DNA from: Rotaria sp. | Taxonomy: Eukaryota | Assembly (NCBI GenBank): GCA_905250055.1 | Contig: CAJNOF010000202.1 | Location: 107,666-160,363, forward strand | Direction of reading: 5' to 3' | DNA length: 52,698 nt | The notes under the pieces: model-generated | Told to the model about the DNA's origin: nothing | Databases searched by the model: none | The model's input: the letters and a program-made list of their open reading frames with translations, nothing else | Translations under genes and position numbers: made by a program | Part shown: piece after piece, positions 26,201 through 38,337 of the stretch | Layout of the letters: each line of letters opens with the position of its first letter | Position numbering within the stretch: position 1 is the stretch's first letter

Positions 26201-29200
26201 CAAGAATTTCAACTGTTTTCTTGTATTTGAGAAAATAAAAGTGGTCAAAGCACCCTGTTCAAGTCAGGAATAGAACCAAAGCTGAGCAATGTATCTTCAT
26301 GTAAAAAAAAAGTGCAGTTCTTTCTCAAGTCACAAACATTAAGTTGAAGAAAAAAAATCCGAAATTATCAGACTTATACATAATGTGAGACCGAGAATCT
26401 TCGATTATGTGTCTCAATTAGGTCTCTTTCAGTTTTCTTTCATGACTATTACGAATTTGAAACTCTAATTGAAACCTATTACAGACCAAATTAAGACTTA
26501 ACATTGAGAACAACACTACTTCGCAGCATCTTTAATCATGCAACGCAAAAAATTAATCTTTATCGAAATAGGATAACGAATATGCGATCTATCAACTCGA
26601 TCAACAACGTCTACTTTACATTGTGGAAGTTTCATGGGTACCAAATGATGCTCTCAATATTGAATTAGAACGATTACCGATTGTTCATACTCAACAACAT
26701 ACGTTAAAATTGAGTGAACATGGTAATGATTATTTTTACTTTTATTTTTTGTTAGAATAAAAAATTCGGCCAATTTATTTGTTACGTTCTAGTCGAAGTG
26801 CCGTTGGCAATCGACGATGAAGTTATTGAAGTAGCTGAACAAGACTATGGTTTAATATGTCCATCGTCAGGAAAACTCGTACCACTTAAATCATTTCATA
26901 TTCGTGCTCAAATTGTTGATACTACAGTTGAAGTAATTATACTTATTTTTCTGTTGATATAATACTACGTAGTTTATTCTATTGTCTTTTCAACGAAAAG
27001 GTTGTTCTTTATCAAGTCTATCATAATACAAGTTCGATACCGATCGAAGCCAAATATGTATTTCCTCTCGATGATAATTCTGCTGTATGCGGTTTTGAAG
27101 CACATATTAACAATAAAGTTATAAAGGGCGTCGTCAAAGAGAAAGAACAAGCTAAACAAGAATATCGAGAAGCAATTGAAAAGGGTCACGGTGCTTATTT
27201 AATGCATCAAGAACAAGCACAAGTATTCAGTGTAGCTGTTGGCAACTTACCAGCGAACAATGAAGTGATTATCAAGATAACTTATGTTGCTGAATTAGAA
27301 ATCGAAAATGGTGATATCATTTTTCGTCTTCCAGCCAAAATGGCTTCATGGCAATCAAAACAAGCGATTGAAAGGAAAGATCAATCTATTGTACGAACCA
27401 TCGATATTGTCGATGAAAAAGTCGAATTTAGTTTCAAAGCATCGATTCGAATGCCCTATGAAATAACTAAATTATTCTCGCCAACACATCGTCTTCGTCG
27501 AAAATTGACCGACTGTATAGCCGTGATCGAACTTGTTGATAACGTTTTAATTGATCGAGATTTCGTTCTTTCAATAACACTCAAAAGTGCTAATTTACCC
27601 CGAATATTAAACGAAACATTGTCATTGGATGATGACAATGGAACAACAACGACAACATCGAACAATGTTGATTCTGAAGCATGTATGCTGACATTTTATC
27701 CACGATTTGAAAAATTGACAAATTCGTACGAACAAATTGAAATTATATTCATTGTCGATGTGTCGAATTCAATGGACGGTACACATGTACAACAAGCTAA
27801 ACAGTTAGCACATTTGTTTCTTATGAATTTAAAAGTAGGCGACATAAATACATATTTTAATGTAGTTACTTTTGGATCAGGTAATTAGATGATCATCTGC
27901 AGTACCATTTTATTGTTCACATTTGAACTATTTAGATAATGATGAATGTTTTCCTATTTCAACATCAACTACAAAAGAAAATCTTGATAAAGCTAAACAC
28001 TTTGTTTTGGTTGGTTGTTTATTTTAAATACAATTTTGTCTTTTGAAAATTTATGTGTTTACATATTGTAGCATTCACTTGTTCATCGTGGTAACACGAA
28101 TCTATTTGCTGTTCTTCACCGTTATTCATTGTTACCATCATCAAACTTTGGTCGACAATTTATTATTCTCTCTGATGGACATATTCATGATCTTCAATCG
28201 ATTCTTGTTTTACTTGAACATCAATCAACTATGCGTCGAGATCGTATATTTGCATGTTCAATTGGTAATGTTGCTAACAAACACAGTTTGAAACAATTAG
28301 CGAATGGAGCAAGTGGAGGTGGTCTAACAACCGTATTCGATTCGAACTATCGATCGAAATGGAAAACAAAAGTATTAAATATTCTCGAACAAGTTCGACA
28401 ACCATGTGTTACAAGTATATCAATTGATTGGCATGGTCGTTTAGATGAACAACAAAAATTTAATATGCAAGCACCAAAAATAATTCGATCATTGTTTAAT
28501 GGAATGCGACTTAGTGTCTATCGATTTATACAAAATTGTCATAAGGCCACATTAACAGCTACTATCGATGGACAAGAATATGTTACAACTGTATTTAGTA
28601 GTACAACGACAACGACCAAAGGGCGTATCCTACACTGTTTAACCGCTCGAGCGATTATCGATGATTATGACAATGGATTATTGCATGTAGACGAGAGCAA
28701 AAACGAACTGATGAAAGTTCAATATAAACAAGATCTCATTGATCTAAGCATCAAATATTCAGTCGTTAGTGCATACACTAGTTTCGTTGCTATCGAAGAA
28801 CGTGATACTAAAACAGATGCAAAAACTCTTCAGCCAGGTTAGTAGAAAGTTAAATAGAATGTAATTAATTGCTATCGATCAGCAGTGTCACATATCCAAG
28901 ATTTTGGAGATGCCACCACATCTCCTGCGGGAGATGCCGCATCTCGCTCGAGAAATGCGAGTGTGGGTGTGGGGGATGCGTCTCTCTAAAGGAGATCTTA
29001 CATCTCCAGTGGTGAATGACCTCATCTCCCGAGTGTGGGTGCCGCGTCTCCCGCTGGAGATGCGGCATCTCCTGTGGGAGATGCGGTGGCATCTCCTGTG
29101 GGAGATGCGGTGGCATCTCCTGTGGGAGATGCGGTGGCATCTCCAAAATCTTGGATATGTGACACTACTCCTATCGATAATCATAAGCATTATTGTTTTA

Positions 29201-29875
29201 TTCTATTAATAGTTCGTTTCGTAAAGTTTTAACTCTTCAAAAACTTTCGAAGAAAAAATTTGATTCTTTTTTACTAATGCCTATTACTATTAAAAAATAG
29301 TCGACAATGTACTTTCTATTATAGGTGTTCGTCTTCTTGATGTTATACTCGATCGAGATGTTGACTTATTACCATACATTGGATGGGACGGTGATATGTC
29401 AAATTTGGATACAATCAAACAGAAATTAATGGATGCACGCATTACACTCGAAAGTGCATCGATTCAAAGCAAAAAAGAATCCGTAGTTGATATTGAAAAT
29501 CTTTGTGAAAAAATTTCCTATCGAGCAGGTGGTGATACGAAATTTGATATGATGATGAGTATCATACGCACATATCGTCATGTATTGAATGAGCATGAAA
29601 AAGCAAATGAAATAGAAGATAAAATGCGAAAGGGTATGTTATTCAATTATAAATAAACGTTCATAGATGTCGATTTTTGAGAAATAAATAGATCTTAAGA
29701 CTGAAATGATTAGTGCAACGACAGAAGAACGACAAGCATTACAGCAACGATGCCAAGCTAACAATTTGATAATCACAAGTGACGAAGAGTATGCAAATGA
29801 AAATGGAGGAAATATTGAGAATAAAAATTTCATGTTGATTTTTTGTTTACAGGGAATCATTAGGCGACTTCGATG
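23206..29875 (+). CDS. PARP4: Vault-type poly(ADP-ribose) polymerase (PARP4/vPARP-like): BRCT + PARP regulatory/catalytic + VIT + vWA. At least 18 exons; 3-prime end unresolved and may extend to ~30.9 kb.
   Basis: Hand-derived exons: 23206-23364, 23426-23633 (BRCT: VLVTNNVDSYKTRRAKQLGLPLVNVEYVYEC), 23693-23826, 23888-24184, 24245-24382, 24442-24597, 24647-24807, 24862-24999 (LFHGSKYANFLGILSRG), 25055-25340 (LTMPKMVVEELGVVRTDIGCLGYGIYFSDSASTSLKY...HGVKRT, aligns to human PARP4 GLLLPKVVEDRGVQRTDVGNLGSGIYFSDSLSTSIKY), ~25506-25676 (QTKIYIWFDF, boundary uncertain), 26572-26722, 26793-26932, 27001-27880 (VIT: VPLKSFHIRAQIVDTTVEVVLYQVYHNTSSIPIEAKYVFPLDDNSAVCGFEAHINNKVIKG...GHGAYLM; vWA MIDAS IIFIVDVSNSMDG), 27935-28008, 28072-28837 (IFACSIGNVANKHSLKQLANGASGG...FVAIEERD), 29325-29633, 29692-29788, 29853-29875. 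Intron phases are consistent throughout the resolved part. Confidence 0.8.
28872..29178. mobile_element. Foldback/MITE-like element inserted in a PARP4 intron: ~60-bp terminal inverted repeats, an internal 3x 24-bp tandem repeat and short telomere-like GAGTGTGGGTG motifs
   Basis: Left end gctatcgatcagcagtgtcacatatccaagattttggagatgccaccacatctcc versus right end ggagatgcggtggcatctccaaaatcttggatatgtgacactactcctatcgata. Tandem gcggtggcatctcctgtgggagat x3 at ~29083-29154. gagtgtgggtgtggggg at 28955 and gagtgtgggtg at 29030. The ORF-track ORFs 28865-29232 are repeat artefacts. Confidence 0.75.
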
Positions 29876-32089
29876 GTAAGTCAAGTGGTAAGTGAAGACA
29901 CTTTGTCCACTATCAAGGCAATGAACAAATATTAAGCTTTGCTTCCTTTGTCTAATATAATCTTTGACTTGAAGTTAAACCCTACTATCTGTATTTGACA
30001 ACTGCTTATTCTCAGTAGGATCATTCCAATACTTATCGAAGTTTGCATTACGATGTAGTAAGGTTTAAAAGTACTGCGATATGATAGAATAAATTATTAT
30101 TTAGTAGGAACATTCTATTATGCAATGAGCGATTTGACTTTCATGTTAAAATGAAGAATAAATAGGGGTTCGTTTTTGGACTGAATAAAAGAGATAGCAA
30201 CCATTACCGATAATCGAATGATGTAAGTCAATTAAGAGAGATAAAGTTCGATTCCTATCATGAAATTTCAACTTTTGGATTCGACGTATACATCAAGCAG
30301 AACTGTTAGTGTTATTTAGATCATTGTGGACATAAGAAATCATAAAAAAAATCCATAATATATTCGCAAACGGGTGTGTTGATCTTTGAGTGGAAACCTA
30401 TCTTCAAGTTAAATCGTATATGAGAATACATTTAATTCATTTAGGGGAGACAGATTATGTGAATTAGAAACATATTTCATCATTAGTCTACTCTAGAATA
30501 ATCGTTTTATTTTTTAAAAACAGTGGTTTGAATATTCATAGCATTATAACTTTTTCGAAAAAGATTTATGACCCTAATTAACTTCCTCGAATCCGATACA
30601 TCCATTAATTGAGCTGGCAAGAAAAGATGCGATCATCTTTTCCAAACGAATGTTGATATTTAATTTTTATAGAACATGTTTGGTTCAAACATCACTTTAA
30701 AGGATTAACAAAAGCCCAAGAACTGGAATGCGTGAAACAATTAATGGATGAAGTACGTCAAGCCACTGCTTTATGTAGCATTGACAATAAAATCAAATAT
30801 TTATTTTTCAGTTGAGTGAAGCATCCAATACCGCTGATGTACCTTCTACACCGTCGTCATCATCAACGTCATCACTAGTACTTGTAAAAGGGATGAAAAA
30901 GGGAGGTAACATATGAATTGCTACGTGTAACAAAATTTGAGGACTTGAGCATATACTGAAAAACGAAAATCATCATTCATAACCATGCCGATGGCGAAAA
31001 TCTGGTTTCTTTAAGGCTCCTTTTTCCTAAGTGAAAAGGTTTTCGAAACAATTAACCCGGTTGACGTGATATTTCTACAAATACTCAATATCCGTATTTG
31101 GAAAGAAGATACTATACAACCGTCTCTTTTTTATAGAAAACAAATGATTTTCGCTCTAGAAAAGAGAAATCGATTTCGTGACATCTTTAAACATATCACG
31201 AATTTGTTTTCATATAAAATAAATATAATATTCGAGATACAATTTCGAAGAAAAACGTTATTGATGAATCATAGAAAATATATTGGTAAATAAGCAAATC
31301 TTGATTGAAATAACGACCAAAATTTGAAGTAGTATACCAAGGTCATAGTTGAAATGGAATACAAAAATATCAAGGTTATGATCATTTTGTCTGAATTTCA
31401 CTATTGATTTTGGGATATTCATCGAGATATCAAACTGAAAAATTTTAATTTTAAGTTTTGTTTGTAGATACACTTGATGTTCCTTTGAACATCCTAAAAG
31501 TTTCAGTCGAAATGAACGTTTTTAGTTTGACATATGGAATTACCAAAAAGCTAGCGATTCCCTACGAAAGTCAAATTCTCTATGTCGAGAAAGAAACTTT
31601 CATTTCGACTTAAAATCTTAAAATATTCTCTGAGTATCGTTTTCGACAAAGTTATAATTTTTTACTTTGATTTACGATGCTGACTCTGAAACTATTGTCT
31701 CAAATCTTAAGAAAAAATATAAATTAGAAAAGTAAAGTTTTCAGCCACCGTTAAAAAGGTCTTAGATTATATAGCACTCAGTATTCATTTAGATCCATCA
31801 GTTCTATTTAACTGTTTAGAAATTGTGCAAATATCTTATGCTATTTTTCTAAAACATTAGTTTTTTGCATCATCAAGAATAGTATCTCGAAAAAAGAAAT
31901 GACTGAGCCTCAATATTCTGATTTCATTCAGAAACTTATATTCATACGGTGATGCTTAATTTGAGAATAAGAGTTTGATCTCGTAGTAGAGACGCAACAT
32001 ACGTTTGACACATTTCGTTTTTCAAAAGTCTATAGATTATTTAATTTTACTCCTGGTTTAAATATTCTGTATTTTTTCTTTAAGAGAAA

Positions 32090-32356
32090 ATGCGTGCACC
32101 GGAAATGTATTCGTTAGCAGCGCTATCAGATTCCGACGATGAACACTATGGTATGATGGATTTCGACGATCTTGATGATGGTATGCCAACAGCTTCCCAC
32201 TCGACACCTCGTAAGTTATGCAAGTGTTATGAAATACGATCTAAAAGGAACGTTGAAGTATATATAGTGGACATTTGGACTCACTCCTTTCCTAATGCGA
32301 CTCACGAACATTTAGTAAAAGAAGAGGGAAGACATGTATCTCAGGATATATATTGA
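32090..32356 (+). CDS. Small acidic protein of unknown function (tandem paralog 1); possible intron after ...KRNVE (conserved GAA|GTAT donor)
   Basis: MRAPEMYSLAALSDSDDEHYGMMDFDDLDDGMPTASHSTPRKLCKCYEIRSKRNVEV... The 5-prime flank tctgtattttttctttaagagaaaATG is shared with copy 2. Confidence 0.35.
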   Translation: MRAPEMYSLAALSDSDDEHYGMMDFDDLDDGMPTASHSTPRKLCKCYEIRSKRNVEVYIVDIWTHSFPNATHEHLVKEEGRHVSQDIY

Positions 32357-32673
32357 ATTAAATAATCTTCTTTTGATTATTGCGACAATAGCTTTTTCGT
32401 TCAAGTTCATATTCAACTATAAAAACGTTATCTCAAAAAGTCAATCTACAGAGTACTTAATTATAGAATATATAATGTCAATGATTGAACCTAAATATGT
32501 TGATTTCCCTCAGGAACTTGAAGCTATGCTTTGGTGTTTAATTTGGAAATAAGAAATTTGAATCCTTCTGTAAGGAAACAAGTATTCTTGTCACACTTTG
32601 TTTTTGACAAAAATCTATATATTATTTAATTTCACTTCTGTTTTCAATATTCTGTATTTTTCTTTAAGAAAAA

Positions 32674-33015
32674 ATGCCTGCACACGAAGAACGACCATCG
32701 AAAGTACAGGTGGAATACGACGATGAAGACGATGATCATGCGTTAGACATATTTGGTGATTATACACCAACAGCTTCATACATAGCATCTGGTGAGTTAT
32801 GGAAATTTTATGAAACACGATTTAAAAGGAACGTTGAAGTATTTAAATTAGAAACTATATCAGAACTTCTTTCTTATTTATATTTCGAGAGGATTGTGCA
32901 AAAGAAAATTGAAGAAATATTTCCCAAGATAATATTATTAGTTGTTTTCTTGAAGAAGATACCTGTATATAAGAACGGCATTTTAAAAAAAACTAGTGAT
33001 TTATTAAGCACTTAA
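32674..33015 (+). CDS. Small acidic protein of unknown function (tandem paralog 2)
   Basis: MPAHEERPSKVQVEYDDEDDDHALDIFGDYTPTASYIASGELWKFYETRFKRNVEV... The same upstream motif ttctgtatttttctttaagaaaaaATG and the same AAAAGGAACGTTGAA|GTAT junction as copy 1. Confidence 0.35.
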   Translation: MPAHEERPSKVQVEYDDEDDDHALDIFGDYTPTASYIASGELWKFYETRFKRNVEVFKLETISELLSYLYFERIVQKKIEEIFPKIILLVVFLKKIPVYKNGILKKTSDLLST

Positions 33016-33180
33016 GTATAAAATCGTTTCATCGATAAATGAACCTCATTCAGGAACTGATAATTAATACTCACTCTAATGTTTAACTTGAGATTCAGAG
33101 AGTTCAATAGTTTCATAATCCTTGTTTTTCAAAAAATACATTGCTTAATTGCTTCTACATATTATCCTGGTGTTATATCC

Positions 33181-33260
33181 TTGGAGTGCAGATTTTCTTT
33201 TAGAGAAGAAACCTGCACCAGAAGAGCGTTCAATGTAACAACTATTGAAATTGGTTGAGT
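33181..33260 (+). repeat. Degenerate third copy of the small acidic gene 5-prime region (start codon lost)
   Basis: ttttcttttagagaagaaacctgcaccagaagagcg resembles tttttctttaagagaaaatgcgtgcaccggaa / ttctttaagaaaaaatgcctgcacacgaaga. Confidence 0.4.
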
Positions 33261-34248
33261 CAGAGTAGGAAGGCAATAAGATAGACTGGAACATTTTGGG
33301 TGTAATGGACGAGCTCTTCGATATCGACTTTAGTGAATTATACAACTTTTATTATAAGTAGCGAATATTGAAAGAAAAGTTTATTGAACTACCATCTTCT
33401 GTTTGACGATAATATATATATATATGTGTCTCCAACAAAGTTTTATAAGAATATCTCCATAAATACCAAAACTTCTCAAAAAATGAATTGTGGAAGCTAC
33501 TGAGTAACTAACGAAGGTAATGGGTAAATATTACACTATGTGTTTCAAAACAACCGTTATATTTATTCAACTAAATTCTCATTTAGTTCATTGCCATAAG
33601 GGAAAATCGATCCTAAGCCAGACAATTGTCTTATGGCTTTGACTGAACGAGACATTTTTACGAAAATGTACGCATAAAACTTTGTCATCACTCACTATAA
33701 TCTATTCGTTAAATATAGTCTAATATTAAAATTGATTTGTTAGATAACTATGTTCTCTCATCATTTACAAATTGACATATAAGAAAAGTTGACAGTTACC
33801 TTTAGTACTCCTAAACATTATTTAAATTTGACAATAAATCACATCAACGCAGCAGCAACAAGTCAGAGGAAAATTATTGTGCTCTACGGAGTGACATTTG
33901 GTAATCTTTAAAACCAAATTCTTTTCAAATATCTTAAATAAAGAGTTATTGAACTTGTTAATAATTGCTGATCGACTATCAAGCAGTATATCTTTAATAA
34001 TCCCGCATAATTTACTTAGCACCGACATATTTCGGAAAAAAAAAATCATTCATCATAAGAGTTTTGTAGTTCATTCTTTCAAGGACCACATATCTGACTT
34101 ATTCCTACATCCAATTCTTTTTTTTTGAAATGCAAGATACAGAGAATGGTATTATCTATATTATTTATTTCCTGTAATTCTTTCTTCACGAATTATAGCA
34201 GTTGAATTCAACGAAGAAGAATACTTATTTTTATACTGTTGTGTAGCT

Positions 34249-36533
34249 ATGATTGAGGATTCATTTTTAGCACAAGAAAATCTATCACAATTGCAATCGA
34301 TAAAAAGTGATGAGAAACGACAGTCATTAGTGAAATATGAAGAAACAGAGTTATTTAATGACAACAGCGTTGGGGGTGACGATTTGGCTTCTCCCCGATT
34401 TACCGACGCTCGTGAGTCTTCTTTAGCGAGTCATGATTTTACTACTGTAAAGACCATTTCAAGTAATGAAAACAAATGCTTTGTATAATCGAGTTTAGTT
34501 GATTTACTTTTGAAATCTGAAGCTAAACAACTTCCAATATCTACTGCTGATCAAAAATTGGAAACGAAAGAGAGTGATAGTACAGGTAATATCGCTAATG
34601 GCATCAGATTCATTTCATAATATTTTTTATAGAATCTGTGCCTGCATCATCACTATTACCATCAGCGGGACTGGCTCAACAGCTATCAAAATCTGCTGCA
34701 ATGAAGCGAGCGTATGAATTTTCCATAGTATATATAATGTAGACATTAGTGTTTTCTATTAGACCGCTAATTAGTAAACGACAGTCAACTTCAACATCAG
34801 TACAATTGCCTAAATCTGAAGTGTCGATTCTTCCCTCTGCTAGCATCAGCCATCCCATACCTCAAGGTGAGACCTGAATTTTCGCATACTGATGCTTATG
34901 TTCGTTTTTAACGTCAACTAAAATCGATCTATATTCGAACGTTGTGAAAATAACAGATTGTTATTAGATGATCTACAGTTCATAATTGCCTTACATTTAT
35001 TTTTATTTTTTGATATTTCTACTTTAATGATATAAAGCCACGAACAGGAATAATATTTTTCTTTGGAATATAACCTTAACTGTAAGAGTGTTACTTTCGA
35101 TAAAACATGCCCTCACTCACTGCATAGCTCTTATGTTGATTAAAGAGATAGCATTTTGAACTTATCCTACAAAAGCGAACAGAAGATCAAGTGTTGATTT
35201 TGCTGATGCACAGAAACCATTTTCTGTATTATCCAATACTTTTTAATCGAAAACCATCGATACCATGTTTCATTTCAAAGAAAAAAGAGAACTATCTAAT
35301 TTTTGAATAACTCAAAAAATAGATTTTCAATACTTTGAGAAAAAAATGAGAAAATCAGCAACTGTGTGAGACTTGTATCGACAAATAAGATAATAATTCG
35401 AGTATTTTGTTTTACATGAATATATTATGAACAATTAACACGACAGACATTTATTTCAAGTCGTAAGTTTTTTTGTTCACATGGACTACGGGAAGAAAAT
35501 GTTAAATTTTAGGGTGTAATAAGCTTACCTTACAAACACAAAATATGAATTTCCTGGATGCTTGATAAATGTTTTCAATCGTTTCGTAATAATATATGAA
35601 AAATCTAAAAGTCGTTTTGTGAATGGGAATCCTGTTTTTTCATTTTGTCTGTGTCAATATATCTGAATGAGCTTTATTAGTATCTATTTGTTCCATTCTA
35701 AATTGAGTCTCGCTTTCTATTTTTTCGTAGCTGCTTCATTTTCGTCTCAGAGGCCACCTGAGCCTCAATCACTGCGTCCACCGCCGCCGCCGCTACCACC
35801 ACGGCTCGAATTTATGCCCCATTCAGCTACAGTGAGCAGTAGAGGTAGGATGCCAGGGCCGTTACCACCACCACCAATAGATACACCAACAGCATCGATG
35901 GCATTTTTTGAGATGCCACCGCCTGCTGTCAATCAATCCCTTCCACAAGATTTTTTTCTACCACCATCAACTCCATGTAAGATGTCTTCACATGTAATGA
36001 CGTTGCATTCATTGAGTAATGAATTAATAGTGTTCACGCCTTATTATGTGGCACCGATGACCAACAATAACAATAATAACGCATCATTTTCAACAACGAT
36101 ACACAAAATACCAGCGCTTAAGGGTAACTTATCACCAATGTCTTTAGCTGGTCAGATAATGTAAGCTATAGCATGTAACTCTCGCTTTCTTTTAGACTTT
36201 AGTTTTGATGACGACGTCAGCAATGTAGGTAGCTTATTTGATGCTGCATCATTGCCTGCTCCACGTAAGTCGCAAATAGAATCATATCCATTTTTGTGTT
36301 TGATGTCATTAGATTTCTAATGAATACAGTGTGGATTCATTTAGGTTTAGAAACTGCTGCTGCTGCTGCTCCTCCACCACCCCCTCCTCCTCCTCCTCCT
36401 CCTCCTCCTCCTTTTCCACTACCGCCTCCACTACCGCCTCCATTACCAACAACAACAGCAACAGCATCATCATTCTTACTTGATCATTTCAACCAGGCTT
36501 CTGCTGATGGTAGCATCTCAAGCCAAAGTAAGA
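34249..36533 (+). CDS. Multi-exon Ser/Pro-rich protein with long polyproline tracts (FH1/WH1-ligand-like); identity unknown
   Basis: Exon-like open frames at 34249-34488, ~34500-34617, ~34640-34866 (ends at a GTGAGA donor), 35667-36164 (RPPEPQSLRPPPPPLPPRLEF...MPGPLPPPPIDTP...) and 36296-36533 (AAAAPPPPPPPPPPPPPPFPLPPPLPPPLPTTTATAS, then a GTAAGA donor). Exact splice junctions not resolved. Confidence 0.35.
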
Positions 36534-37740
36534 CTGAAATTTTCCATTTTCTGGATTAAATTTTCTCGTAATTTTACTTTTATTTATTGTCTTGTTCGAA
36601 AGCAAAATACAGTTACACGTACCAAAGGAAAATAGCGTTACAAACATGTTTGTTTTCCCTGAGGATCTCGAAGTAACATTAAGTACCATAGTTTCATTCG
36701 CTAGTCACCTATGTCGTGAACCGAACATCGCAGTCAAATCTTTCATTCTAAAATACAAAATATGTACATAGTGCATGTTCAATTAATTATTTATGAGATT
36801 TTGTTTGTTTTTTATTTCTTTGGAACTTCAGATATGAACGCATGTGCATGTGTAACTTTAGTCCAATCATTAGTTGATTCGAGGCTAATCTGCAGCAAGT
36901 TTGCCATTTGGCCAGTCAGTACTACCCAAACATAAAATCTATAACACGAATGATTTTCTATCAACGTCCTTTACGTTTTCACATGAGAAGAATCAGCAGG
37001 GATGCCAACTTTTGGCGATACTAGCGCGATATTATCATTAATGCATTGTCAGTTATGTACGTTAGACATATTACTTTCTAATTTGGTGTTCGTCTTAGGC
37101 AGTGAATCAGCAGATCGACTCAAACGGGAGGACGGACTCTTAGCTGATACTTTGACTTTGAGTGTTTCTTCTTTTCGTCCTATAGCATCACTCAAAAAGT
37201 CATATCCAACAGTATCATTGAAAATGAAAGCGGGATCAGATGAACCTCGTAGTGGTGGCTGCTGTATGGGACCTCCAATAACAGCAACACACTCAAGGAA
37301 AAGCACTAGTAAGTTACACTCACATGAACTTCTTGTTTATCTCGATTAATGAAACGTGAATATATATACAGTTTCAGAAGCTTCGCCACGTGGTGGTAAA
37401 CAAGGTAAGCTACTTGAAATAACTCATTCATTTATTCTAGTTTTCTTTCTACAGATACAGATGAACGGCGTAAGGAAATTTATGAGAAAAAGGCTGCTTT
37501 AATGAAATCATCGCTTCAATGCCTCAAAGTATGTACATTAACATGCTTTTTGTTTTTCGGAAATTTCCTTCACTTCTAGGAGAAAGTCAGTGCGGATAAA
37601 AAGGTAAAGAAGTTACCTAGTGAGATAATGCGGAGCTCTATAGTTGACAACAGAACAAAACTCGACACAACGTAAGTTTTAATATCTATCACATTAGTGC
37701 ACTACGATTAATTATTAATCATCTAAATTGAGTATTCAAC

Positions 37741-38337
37741 CAAGAACGAAAGAAGTGCCAACATCCGATACATCTATATGTGATCTTCTCCTTCTCGATG
37801 TCTGTCCGCTTAGTCTTGGCATTGAAGATATTCACGGTCAAATGCACACAGTTATTCGTCGTAATACAACAATTCCAACACGTACACAATTCTATCCAGT
37901 GTTCACAAATGCTTATGCCTATCAAACAACTGCTACCATTCGTATATTTGAAGGCGAACATAATCTTACAAAATACAATGTGTGTAGTGTTCGAAATTCA
38001 ACATTTTTGTTTTGATAGCTTTTTCTATTGTAGATACTTTTGGGCGAGTTTAGTCTTTCTGGTCTGACAAGCAATTATGCTGCTCAGACACTCGTAATTT
38101 CTATTCGGATGGATATTGATGCTAATGGTATAGTTCATGTCGATGCTGAAGAAGCACGTTCAGGTGCCAAAGCTTCCTTTACTGTCACATCCGATGATCA
38201 ACAAAGTACAATAATTATATAACTGTTTCAGGTCGTAATTAAATCCTATTTATGTTTATGTAGGATTGACCAGAGATGATATTGAGCGACATATTACATA
38301 TGTTAATAGTGACCCAAGTTTTGCAGCTAAATCAAGT
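37741..38337 (+). CDS. HSP70-family C-terminal substrate-binding domain (SBD-beta + start of lid) coding exons; no ATPase (NBD) domain found upstream
   Basis: Exons ~37741-37980, ~38034-38214, ~38264-38337: ICDLLLLDVCPLSLGIEDIHGQMHTVIRRNTTIPTRTQFYPVFTNAYAYQTTATIRIFEGEHNLTKYNV / LLGEFSLSGLTSNYAAQTLVISIRMDIDANGIVHVDAEEARSGAKASFTVTSDDQQ / GLTRDDIERHITYVNSDPSFAAKS. These align to the HSP70 segments DLLLLDVAPLSLGIETAGGVMT..IKRNTTIPTKQTQ.F.TY.DNQ..V.IQVYEGER / [34 protein letters not shown] / GRLSKEDIERMV. Upstream exons at ~37440-37650 (TDERRKEIYEKKAALMKSSLQCLK, EKVSADKKVKKLPSEIM) resemble HSP70 lid helices ([22 protein letters not shown]). Confidence 0.55.

Noticed and set aside
29083-29154. 3x 24-bp direct repeats resembling a CRISPR-like array
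   Set aside because: This is a eukaryotic intron context with only three units, no spacer diversity and no cas genes. It is a minisatellite inside a foldback element.
28865-29232. Four overlapping ORFs encoding MPPHLPQE / CHRISHRR / ASPVGDAV repeats
   Set aside because: They are translations of the 24-bp tandem repeat and inverted arms of the intronic foldback element inside the PARP4 gene.
36296-36559. Polyproline ORF as a simple CCN microsatellite artefact
   Set aside because: Partly rejected. The flanking exon-like open frames with GT donors and the neighbouring proline-rich exon at 35667-36164 argue for a real proline-rich coding gene, but confidence stays low.
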